This document shows, one piece after another, positions 1-7,253 of a stretch of DNA of 13,056 bases (within the stretch, counting starts at the first letter, position 1; each line of letters begins with the position of its first letter). The position numbers and the translations under genes were made by a program. Origin of the DNA: an uncultured Verrucomicrobiales bacterium. Its GTDB lineage: Bacteria > Verrucomicrobiota > Verrucomicrobiia > Verrucomicrobiales > DEV007. The DNA lies in NCBI GenBank assembly GCA_938091905.1, contig CALKOM010000104.1, forward strand, positions 1 to 13,056, read 5' to 3'. The notes under the pieces are model-generated. The model was not told the origin of the DNA, ran no database searches, and saw nothing but the letters and a program-made list of their open reading frames with translations.

Positions 1-48
1 CTCGTCCTCATGGAATGTCGGGTCGGTAGCGGATGGAGCGGGTGCCAT
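1..48 (-). CDS. Possible 5' end of a CDS running off the left edge (MAPAPSATDPTFHEDE...)
   Basis: ATG at 48-46 with AGGAG (63-59) 10 nt upstream. Frame is open to the window edge and co-oriented 33 bp after the stop of the 82..1380 gene. Too short to assign a product. Confidence 0.35.
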   Translation of the reverse strand, partial: MAPAPSATDPTFHEDE

Positions 49-81
49 CGGCCGGATGCTCCTGCTAACGTTCGAATATTC

Positions 82-1380
82 CTACTCTCGGATGGCGTAG
101 AGGTGTTTCTCCCCACGCAAGAAGAGGTCTTTGCCGGATAACGCGGCAGATGCACTGATCGACTCGTCGAGCTGGTTGACACCAATTGGCTTTGGCGTGT
201 CACCGTGCTCGAGAACCATAGTGGCGCCATCGAGATCGGTTAGGTAAAGGCGTCCAGCCGCAGCGACAGGTGAGGCGTAGATGTTTGATAGGGCGCCTAA
301 GCGAAAGGGGCCGGCCCGTTTCTCACCAGTAGCGCTGTGTAGGCATGAAAGAATGCCTTGATAGTGATTTAGGAAATAGAGGGTGTTGTCGTAGAGTAGG
401 GGCGACGGCACGTAGGGCGTGCGCTGATTCGTCTTCCAAAGGACCTGATCGGTGTCCGTGATGTCGGCTGTGGCGCCGTCGAGCTTAATGGCGACCATGG
501 CCTTTTTCTCATAACTTGAGCCGGCGATGACGATGCCGTTTGTCGCGACTGGCGACGCGACCACATTGTTAGATAAGCCGCCGCACTCCCAAATCAGCGT
601 CCCTGTTTCAAGGTCGTAGCTGCGAATGCGTTTGGTGGCACTGACAATGACCTGGATTGTCTCCTTGTGTGCGACGACGATCGGGGTTGCCCATGAGGTC
701 TTCTCATCGCGTGTCACTTTCCATTTCTCAACCCCCGTTTGCTTGTCGAAAGCATAGATCAAGGATTCACCTTCGTGATCCCAATTCACCACCACAGTGT
801 TCCCATGCAAGACGGGAGAGGCGCCCTCGCCGTGAGCGTGTTTGGTCTCCATCTTTCCGAGGTCCTTCTTCCAAAGCACCTTTCCGTTCGGATCTAATCC
901 GTGAAGCCCGTGCGAACCGAAGAAGGCGATGATGACCTGGCCATCGGTCACCGGCGAATTCGATGCGAGGGTTCCCGATTTGTGGCCGCCATGGTGGGGA
1001 AAGGCTTCGTTGACGGTGGTGTCCCACACGATCTTCCCGTTGGCTCGATCAACGGCGAGCACGACAAAGCGATGGGATTTGGTCACGGGCAGGTTGTCAT
1101 GCGATCCAGGTGCATTGTCGAAGATGGGCAAGCGGGATTTGCCAAAAGGCACGGCGGTCGTCAGATAGACACGATCACCCCACACGATCGGAGAGGCATG
1201 GCCAACCCCGGGGATAGGCGTCTTCCAAAGGACATTCTCGGTTTCACTCCAAGCTTTGGGCGGGTCAGCGGTAGAAGACTCGCCGGTGCCCAGTGGACCC
1301 CGCCACTGGCCCCAATCGAGTTCACCTCCCTGGGCCAAGCCGATAAATCCTAGCAGAAGCAGTATGGCCGCCGATTTCAT
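82..1380 (-). CDS. Secreted PQQ-binding-like beta-propeller repeat protein (BamB-like family expanded in PVC bacteria)
   Basis: 432 aa ORF with a signal peptide (MKSAAILLLLGFIGLAQG). Family motifs: DWGQWRGP.GTG, NVLWKTPIPG.GHASPIVWGDRVYLTTA, repeated A.D..TG...W blades, YVPSPLLY, IYASPVAA.GRLY and the C-terminal LFLRGEKHLYAI. Confidence 0.9.
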   Translation of the reverse strand: MKSAAILLLLGFIGLAQGGELDWGQWRGPLGTGESSTADPPKAWSETENVLWKTPIPGVGHASPIVWGDRVYLTTAVPFGKSRLPIFDNAPGSHDNLPVTKSHRFVVLAVDRANGKIVWDTTVNEAFPHHGGHKSGTLASNSPVTDGQVIIAFFGSHGLHGLDPNGKVLWKKDLGKMETKHAHGEGASPVLHGNTVVVNWDHEGESLIYAFDKQTGVEKWKVTRDEKTSWATPIVVAHKETIQVIVSATKRIRSYDLETGTLIWECGGLSNNVVASPVATNGIVIAGSSYEKKAMVAIKLDGATADITDTDQVLWKTNQRTPYVPSPLLYDNTLYFLNHYQGILSCLHSATGEKRAGPFRLGALSNIYASPVAAAGRLYLTDLDGATMVLEHGDTPKPIGVNQLDESISASAALSGKDLFLRGEKHLYAIRE

Positions 1381-1420
1381 GCCAAGACTTTAACCCAGTC
1401 TTGGCAATGGTGGAAGCGAT

Positions 1421-1868
1421 TCAATCCAACGGAATCGACTATTGAATCAAGCCCACTTTCTTGGCCACTCGATCATAGAGGGTGGGTGCTCGGTAGTCCA
1501 TTTCCTACGTGACCCAGAAAACTTGGTCAGTTCTATGATCTCTCGCAGCTTTCTTCACAGCATCGATCAAGGTTCGGGCGGCGCCGTTGCCTCGTGCGTC
1601 CTGAGCGCCAATCATATCTTCAAGGTAGCATCGTTCCTTCACCTTCCAAGGGGCTCCTGAAAGTGATCGTGAGTAAATCCTAGAAGGTTGCCGCCGTTAT
1701 CGACTGCGAGTAGTGCGCGAATGGATGGGGCAGGATCCCACGCCCGCAGCTAGACATTGTCGGCGACTTCTGGAGCGAGATCGACTGCGTAGAAGCCCAG
1801 GTAGTTTTTCCAAAGGACTCCTTGCCTGGCACGTCATCGTTCGCAACCGCCCTAACATCTAGGCCCAT
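1421..1868 (-). pseudogene. Degraded GNAT-family N-acetyltransferase
   Basis: Hand translation across three frames: MGLDVRAVANDDVP / LWKNYLGFYAVDLAPEVADNV*LRAWDPAPSIRALLAVDNGGNLLGFTHDHFQE / PWKVKERCYLEDMIGAQDARGNGAARTLIDAVKKAARDHRTDQVFWVT*EMDYRAPTLYDRVAKKVGLIQ*SIPLD*. Contains GNAT motif A (CYLED...ARGNG.A..LI) and LYDRVA. Frameshifts near 1820 and 1650; internal TAG at 1750-1752, 1505-1507 and 1439-1441. Confidence 0.88.
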
Positions 1869-1879
1869 TGAACAGGGAC

Positions 1880-2827
1880 CTAATGCGTGTGGCCACCAGA
1901 ACCCACGATCTCGTCAAGCTGCCTAGTGACTTTCTTGATATTGATTACGTTATCAATGATTACGGCTTCATTCTGTTCCGGGAAACTGAAGATCAATCGG
2001 CCGGAGCGCACGAACGGAAGGTAGTATTCCATCACATCGTGGATCTCTTTCGTGTAGCGCATGCGCATGGTATCATAGCGTTGCTGCCGCTCTAGCATGC
2101 CACCCACGACCATGACTTCTGAGGCTTCTACCTTTACATAGTGGAAGCGGGTGATGAAGAAAGAAACACACATCAGGAAAAACCAGACCAGGAAGACTCC
2201 CAGGAAGAACTGCGCGTTCGCCATCGGTGTGATGTGATCGAGGATTGGCGTGACCATGGGGAAGAAACCCACGGTGATATCAAGTATCCACAAGAGTAAT
2301 GCTAGGATGACAAGCGCTGACGCGTAGATGATGGCCCAGCGCACATCGAGATCGACACAGATGGCGAAAAGCGAGAAGAACAAAGTCAGGAGGAAGATCA
2401 CGGCGAGGGTTCGATCAACGCGTTTCTTTTCCAGTTCCTTCTCAGCGTCGTCTGCCTGAGGAGTATCGGGCGCTGGTGCCTGGGCTACCAATACGGTGGC
2501 CTGTCCCGTGCTGGCCTGTGGATTGGCGGAGGTGCCTTCTGTCGGCGCCTCTTCCGCAGGAGCATCGGCATTTCCTGGTGCTCCTGATTCTTCAGCCACC
2601 GGATCGTTCGTGCCAAGTGGGTAATTGCTGAGATCACTACTCCCAGCGAAGTGCGCTACGAGACAGCAGATGAGTGCCACCAGCGCCATGGGATAGAGAA
2701 CAGGCGTCTTCGGCCACATGCGAATGATGATCTTGCGGTCTTTTGGCGGGGCTGGTTTAGCGGCGGCCGGTTGAGGATCAGGGGTGGAAGCAGGAGCGGC
2801 GTCTGAATGAGCGTGTTCTTCTGTCAT
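1880..2827 (-). CDS. Hypothetical integral membrane protein with ~4 TM helices, an Ala/Pro/Glu-rich loop and a possible C-terminal bacterial PH-like domain
   Basis: Long ORF; ATG at 2827 preferred over the TTG at 2875. Hydrophobic segments VLYPMALVALICCLVAHF, TLAVIFLLTLFFSLFAICV, WAIIYASALVILALLLWIL and FFLGVFLVWFFLMCVSFFI are followed by a beta-rich soluble tail. Confidence 0.8.
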   Translation of the reverse strand: MTEEHAHSDAAPASTPDPQPAAAKPAPPKDRKIIIRMWPKTPVLYPMALVALICCLVAHFAGSSDLSNYPLGTNDPVAEESGAPGNADAPAEEAPTEGTSANPQASTGQATVLVAQAPAPDTPQADDAEKELEKKRVDRTLAVIFLLTLFFSLFAICVDLDVRWAIIYASALVILALLLWILDITVGFFPMVTPILDHITPMANAQFFLGVFLVWFFLMCVSFFITRFHYVKVEASEVMVVGGMLERQQRYDTMRMRYTKEIHDVMEYYLPFVRSGRLIFSFPEQNEAVIIDNVINIKKVTRQLDEIVGSGGHTH

Positions 2828-2948
2828 GATATTAGAAATGAGGTTGGCCTGAGCCGGGCGTCTTCTGACGGACAACCACCGTTAGCAGTCATCCCACGGG
2901 ATTCAACAGGAATGGCCATTGGAGGTTTTACAAAAGACGTCAGTAATT

Positions 2949-4325
2949 CTACACCACAAGTTCCGGAATGACTCGGCCAGCCACATCGGTGAGCCGGAAA
3001 TCACGTCCTTGGAATCGGAAAGTGAGATCCTCATGGTCAATTCCCAAACAGTGCAACGCCGTGGCATGGAGATCTGGCACGGCCACCTTGTCTTTCGCTG
3101 CATGGAATCCAAAGGCATCGGTTTCCCCATAGGTGGTGCCTCCTTGAATCCCACCACCGGCCATCCACATGGTGAATCCGTGAGGGTGATGATCACGACC
3201 CCACAATCGGCCCGCTCCCTCGACGACTGGCGTTCTGCCAAATTCACCTCCCCAAATGATGAGGGTATCGTCTAACAAACCCCGACGCTTCAGATCCTTG
3301 ATTAATCCAGCTGTCGGCCTATCAATACCACGACACTGGCGCGGGTGATCCTTGATGAGGGAGCCATGCGAGTCCCAGCCCATGTCATAGAGCTGGACAA
3401 AGCGAGTGCCGCGTTCCACTAACCGCCTGGCCATGAGGCAGTTGTTAGCAAACGAGCGCTCGCCAGGCCGCGCTCCATACAAAGCTAAAGTCTCGTCCGT
3501 TTCTTGACCGAGATCGATCAACTCCGGTACTGAAGCCTGCATACGAAACGCGAGTTCGTACTGCTTGATCCTAGTGAGAATCTCCGGATCTTGCGTCTGC
3601 GCATGGTGCCTCTCGTTCATCCATCGTAGCATATCGAGATCCCGTCGCCGCCGTTCTTGGGACACGCTCTTGGGCGAACGCAAATGCAAGATGGGATCGC
3701 CTGAAGGACGGAATTCCACGCCCTGGTGCTGGGTGGGTAAAAAGCCGCTGCTCCAGTAACTATCTAACAAAGGCTGTAACTTGACACCCGAAGTCAGCAC
3801 GACAAAGGCAGGCAGATCTTCATTAACGGCCCCCAAGCCATAACTCATCCATGCGCCCATTGTCGGTCTCCCTACCCGTTCATGGCCAGTATTGAGCAAA
3901 GTCACCGCAGGATCGTGGTTGAAGACGTGGCTGTGCAAGGACTTCACAACGGCGATCTCATCCACCACATCCGCAGTATGCGGGAGGAGATCTGATACCC
4001 AGGTTCCGGCCTGCCCATGCTGGCGAAACTGATATGGCGAGGCTTTCAACTTTGGCCGACCGCTTTGCCTGCTGATTTGTGCGAAATGAATCCCTTTCGC
4101 GATACTGTCAGGAATGGGTTCCCCATCCCATTTCACGAGATCAGGTTTGTAGTCAAACAGGTCGACATGGGACGGCCCTCCTGACATAAAGAGCACAATG
4201 ACATGTTTGGCCTTTGCCGCCCGCTGTGCCTTGGCGATGAGTTGGGGGCTCAATAGAGAGCCCAAGGCGGTAGTCCCGAGGAAATGACGACGAGACAAGA
4301 ACAGGTGTCTGTCAGGATAGTTCAT
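2949..4325 (-). CDS. DUF1501 domain protein (sulfatase/alkaline-phosphatase-like fold), Tat signal
   Basis: Twin-arginine SRRHFLG; motifs AKHVIVLFMSGGPSHVDLFDYKP, ARRLVERGTRFVQL, GWDSH, LKDLKRRGLLDDTLIIWGGEFGRTP, GRDHHP and FRFQGRDFRLTDVAG. Start overlaps the upstream stop (ATGA, 4322-4325). Confidence 0.95.
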   Translation of the reverse strand: MNYPDRHLFLSRRHFLGTTALGSLLSPQLIAKAQRAAKAKHVIVLFMSGGPSHVDLFDYKPDLVKWDGEPIPDSIAKGIHFAQISRQSGRPKLKASPYQFRQHGQAGTWVSDLLPHTADVVDEIAVVKSLHSHVFNHDPAVTLLNTGHERVGRPTMGAWMSYGLGAVNEDLPAFVVLTSGVKLQPLLDSYWSSGFLPTQHQGVEFRPSGDPILHLRSPKSVSQERRRRDLDMLRWMNERHHAQTQDPEILTRIKQYELAFRMQASVPELIDLGQETDETLALYGARPGERSFANNCLMARRLVERGTRFVQLYDMGWDSHGSLIKDHPRQCRGIDRPTAGLIKDLKRRGLLDDTLIIWGGEFGRTPVVEGAGRLWGRDHHPHGFTMWMAGGGIQGGTTYGETDAFGFHAAKDKVAVPDLHATALHCLGIDHEDLTFRFQGRDFRLTDVAGRVIPELVV

Positions 4326-6007
4326 TCGCGGGTAAGAAACTCGTCGAGGTTGAAGAGCACGGTGGCCAACGTTTGTGAGAGTTCAGAAACCGGCACCGAT
4401 CCCCACCGCTCGCGCTCGACCGCAGAAGGTTGACGAGCCAAAGCCAGGCAGAAGGCGTGGGTTAGCCTGCTGGATTCTGGCAGCTCGTCCAGGTGCTCTG
4501 CAAACGCTGTTTGGGCCTCGACCATTGCCGGATCATTCAGCATGGCGAGTGCCTGCATCGGTGTGTTTGTTCGAGAACGTGTCACCGTACACCATTCACG
4601 AGACGGCGCATCAAAGGTGGTCATGGCAGGATGAGGCGCCATCCGCTGCCAGAACGTGTAGAGCGATCGCCGGTATTGATCTCCATCTTCACTCACCGTC
4701 CACTCGCCAGCCGTGGCATCGCGAAACTCGCCCACGCCCTCCGGCTGCTGTGGAAATACGCTCGGGCCTCCTTGGACATCAACTAGCAATCCACTCACAG
4801 CCAACGCTTGATCACGCAAAGCTTCCGCCGACATGCGAAACCGAACGGATGACTGCAGGTAGGCTGCGGAGGTCACCAAATCTCGGTGAAGTCGCTTCAT
4901 CGACCATCCCTCGCGAGAGAAACGCAACGCCAGCCAGTCTAACAACTTGGGTTGGGTGGGGTGCTCTCCATTCACTCCGAAGTCATTCGCTGTCCTCACA
5001 AGTCCCACGCCGAAGAAGCACTCCCACGCGCGATTCACCGCTACCCGGGCGGTTAGGGGCTGCTCCGCCGAGACTAGCCATCGGGCGAAACCTAATCGAT
5101 CGACTTCACTCCCACCAAACAGGGCAGGAAGCTTTGCCGAAACCTGCTCACCACGAGTCTCAAAGTTCCCGCGGACATGAATGTAAGTTGGGCGTGGCGT
5201 CTCGAGGGTGTTCATGATCTGGGCTTCGACTTCTTTCCCATCTCGCTTTACCGTTAGGCGTGGCCCACGCACTTTAAACTTCTCTCCGTAGTGCGGCGTC
5301 TGATTGAAGATCGCGTACAATTGAAAGTACTCCTTCTGCGAAATAGGATCGTGCGTGTGATCGTGGCATTCTGCGCAGGCCAAGCTCAGGCCTAACCAAA
5401 CCTGTCCTGTCACATCCATACGATCCACCACCCCACGGACACGAAACTCTTCCTTTCGCGGGTTGTTCCCTAACGCTTGCATGGAGTTGCGATGAAACCC
5501 CGTTGCAATGCGCTGGCTCTCGGTAGCGTTTGCGAGGCGATCGCCGGCCAGCTGCTCTACCGTGAACTGATCATAGGGCATGTCCGTATTCAGCGCGTCG
5601 ATCACCCAATCTCGATACAACCACATCGTCCTGGGTTGATCCGCCGCGTGCCCGGTCGTATCGGCATACCTCGCTAAGTCTAACCAATCTTGCGCCATGC
5701 GTTCGCCATACAGCGGCGATGCCAGGAACCGATCTGTCAGGCGGCTCAACGCCTCAGGATGGTCGTCCTTTAGAAAGGCCTCCTGCTCCATTAAGGACAC
5801 CGGCAATCCGCGTAAATCCAAACTCAATCGCCGCATAAGCTGCCGCTGATCAGCAAGATCGCTAGCCTCATGTAGAAACGCATCCACTGGAGACCGTGCC
5901 CACTCAGGCGCAGCCGGAACCGCAGCGTCCACGGGCGGCACAAAAGCCCAATGCGTCTCTGCTACTAACAAGCTTGGCGAAGCCAGGAGAAATAGAAGGG
6001 CGCGCAT
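4322..6007 (-). CDS. DUF1549 + DUF1553 (PSD1 / planctomycete cytochrome-associated) domain protein
   Basis: Signal peptide then HWAFVPP, RRLSLDLRGLP, YGERMAQDWLDLARYADT, YRDWVIDALN.DMPYDQF, CxxCH (CAECHDH..DPISQKEYF), PLTARVAVNR.W, HPTQPKLLDWLA, RRSLY, FDAPSRE.C and TNTPMQALAMLND. Confidence 0.95.
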   Translation of the reverse strand: MRALLFLLASPSLLVAETHWAFVPPVDAAVPAAPEWARSPVDAFLHEASDLADQRQLMRRLSLDLRGLPVSLMEQEAFLKDDHPEALSRLTDRFLASPLYGERMAQDWLDLARYADTTGHAADQPRTMWLYRDWVIDALNTDMPYDQFTVEQLAGDRLANATESQRIATGFHRNSMQALGNNPRKEEFRVRGVVDRMDVTGQVWLGLSLACAECHDHTHDPISQKEYFQLYAIFNQTPHYGEKFKVRGPRLTVKRDGKEVEAQIMNTLETPRPTYIHVRGNFETRGEQVSAKLPALFGGSEVDRLGFARWLVSAEQPLTARVAVNRAWECFFGVGLVRTANDFGVNGEHPTQPKLLDWLALRFSREGWSMKRLHRDLVTSAAYLQSSVRFRMSAEALRDQALAVSGLLVDVQGGPSVFPQQPEGVGEFRDATAGEWTVSEDGDQYRRSLYTFWQRMAPHPAMTTFDAPSREWCTVTRSRTNTPMQALAMLNDPAMVEAQTAFAEHLDELPESSRLTHAFCLALARQPSAVERERWGSVPVSELSQTLATVLFNLDEFLTRE

Positions 6008-6219
6008 GTAACTCCAATTAACACCGGTCTACCCGCTGCCAGCAAGTGCGGAACGAAGAACTGCGAATGAAAACGAATGGAACCGTTGATTGCCATGAAG
6101 GGAGGAACCACGGAAAAGCCTAAGCGACGAAGGGAGGAAAGCATGGTGAATCAGGAAGGCGTGGCGGCTGGAATGTTGCGCGGACCTACGTTCCTGGAAA
6201 GAAGTGTTAGCGAGCCTCC

Positions 6220-6597
6220 ATGGAAGGAATATCCACGCCAATGCAGTGTTTCCTGGGGGGCTGCTGCCTGTCATTTGTCCTTCTTTGTGGAGCTGGATCC
6301 CAGGAAGGGCTTTCTGCCAAGGAAGCGTTAGAGAAGGTGGCAATGACGCCTTTGTAAGAAGCGCGTTCGGAGCAGGTGGCGTGGATAGTGAATCGCCTGC
6401 CTGCAGAGCAGCACTCTCGGACTTTGCGCAAGTTTATTCAACAATGGGCCACCCACGACCTGCCTGCCGCAGCTCAGTGGCTTGGCCGGCAAACCGCCCA
6501 TTGGAAAGCCGATGTGGTTGAGGCTTTGATGAAGGCGATAGAGCCCATGGATCCTGCTGCTGCCCTAGCTTGGCAGGCGTCGTTGTCCCAATCCTGA
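6220..6597 (+). pseudogene. Probable secreted helical-repeat protein (W-A-x-x-D-x-x-A-A-x-x-W type) interrupted by one in-frame stop
   Basis: One frame reads MEGISTPMQCFLGGCCLSFVLLCGAGSQEGLSAKEALEKVAMTPL*(TAA 6355-6357)EARSEQVAWIVNRLP...QQWATHDLPAAAQWL...MDPAAALAWQASLSQS*. The two DxxAAxxW repeats resemble those of verrucomicrobial hypothetical proteins. The start is uncertain. Confidence 0.55.
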
Positions 6598-6607
6598 AGA
6601 GCATGAT

Positions 6608-6809
6608 CTAGAACAGGTTATAGCTAACGGATGCGTCACCGCTGCCACTGCCAAAGATCACGATACCTAAAATCAACCGAACCACGATGATGGCGCCAAC
6701 CCCCATTCCTTATCGTCGCTCATGGTGGCGATCAGCTCGGCACAGGGTTGCTATCTTTGTCTTGGCTGGTTTTGAGGAAGGTGTCCTTTTAAGAATTCTC
6801 GTCTGACAC
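6608..6809 (-). pseudogene. Degraded DUF5989 / SxtK-like small membrane protein
   Basis: GTG at 6809, 4 bp after the SxtJ stop. Reads MSDENS*KDTFLKTSQDKDSNPV / ELIATMSDDKEWGLA / IIVVRLILGIVIFGSGSGDASVSYNLF*, matching the family pattern E.....M.ENKKWWL.PII....LLG......GS..APFIY.LF. TAA at 6789-6791; frameshifts near 6740 and 6692. Occupies the canonical position after carbamoyltransferase-SxtJ. Confidence 0.82.
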
Positions 6810-6813
6810 AAAC

Positions 6814-7239
6814 TTAGTATTGTTTGTAGTACTGAACAGCAGGGGGCATGGGCTTCCGCTTGATCCAGTGACTGCGACGATCACCCGCGTCGCGGGTCAT
6901 GGGGTCCTTTCCTAGCACTTTCAATCCAATTGCGATTGGCGTGAACAGTCCAAGGTAGATTAACGGCAGGGCGATCCACCCAATGGCCAGGCCAATCGGA
7001 AAGGTTAGCGTGATCAGCATCCAATAGAATGGGAGAGCTAGACGAGGTGTGAGAAGCCCTAGAAGACAAACTGTCCCGCCGAGAATCAACCCTATCATCA
7101 CGATATTTGATGGTGGGTTAACGTTGACCAAAGGTAGTAACTTTCTCAGTAGTAGAGCAATAAGCGGGAACCCCACAACGGAGGCGATGGCGAACTGACG
7201 CAGTTTCTGGGCATTTGGATTCCAATCGATGTCGATCAT
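6814..7239 (-). CDS. SxtJ-family membrane protein
   Basis: 141 aa with N-terminal IDWNP...KLRQF, hydrophobic helices, W...TFPIG..I...L..IY...FTPIA...K..GKDPM.R and a C-terminal S.WI.R......Y.KQY. Lies directly downstream of a carbamoyltransferase. Confidence 0.88.
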   Translation of the reverse strand: MIDIDWNPNAQKLRQFAIASVVGFPLIALLLRKLLPLVNVNPPSNIVMIGLILGGTVCLLGLLTPRLALPFYWMLITLTFPIGLAIGWIALPLIYLGLFTPIAIGLKVLGKDPMTRDAGDRRSHWIKRKPMPPAVQYYKQY

Positions 7240-7253
7240 GGCACTGTATCAGT

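Noticed and set aside
82..1380. True BamB or PQQ-dependent dehydrogenase
   Set aside because: No lipobox Cys and no bam/der context. It matches the paralog-rich PVC propeller family of unknown function.
1421..1868. Amber (TAG) recoding suggested by three in-frame TAGs in the GNAT
   Set aside because: The TAGs fall at positions expected to be different residues (W, Q, Y), frameshifts co-occur, and TAG is the genuine stop of several intact genes here (82, 1880, 2949, 10874, 10877).
2828..2948. Structured RNA or terminator in the intergenic gap (ATCCCACGGGAT, AATGGCCATT palindromes)
   Set aside because: Stems are only ~5 bp, with no U-tract-linked strong hairpin and no recognisable ncRNA motif.
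4375..5217. 280-aa plus-strand ORF, and similar overlapping ORFs (e.g. 901..1353, 2919..3275, 10985..11374, 11515..12024)
   Set aside because: Antisense or alternate-frame shadows of well-supported genes, with no recognisable motifs. These are expected in GC-rich coding DNA.
6029..6343. Short ORFs 6029..6343 (-), 6077..6331 (+), 6204..6521 (+) as genes
   Set aside because: No recognisable motifs and mutually overlapping. An SD-like GGAGG precedes ATG 6143, but the product is not convincing.
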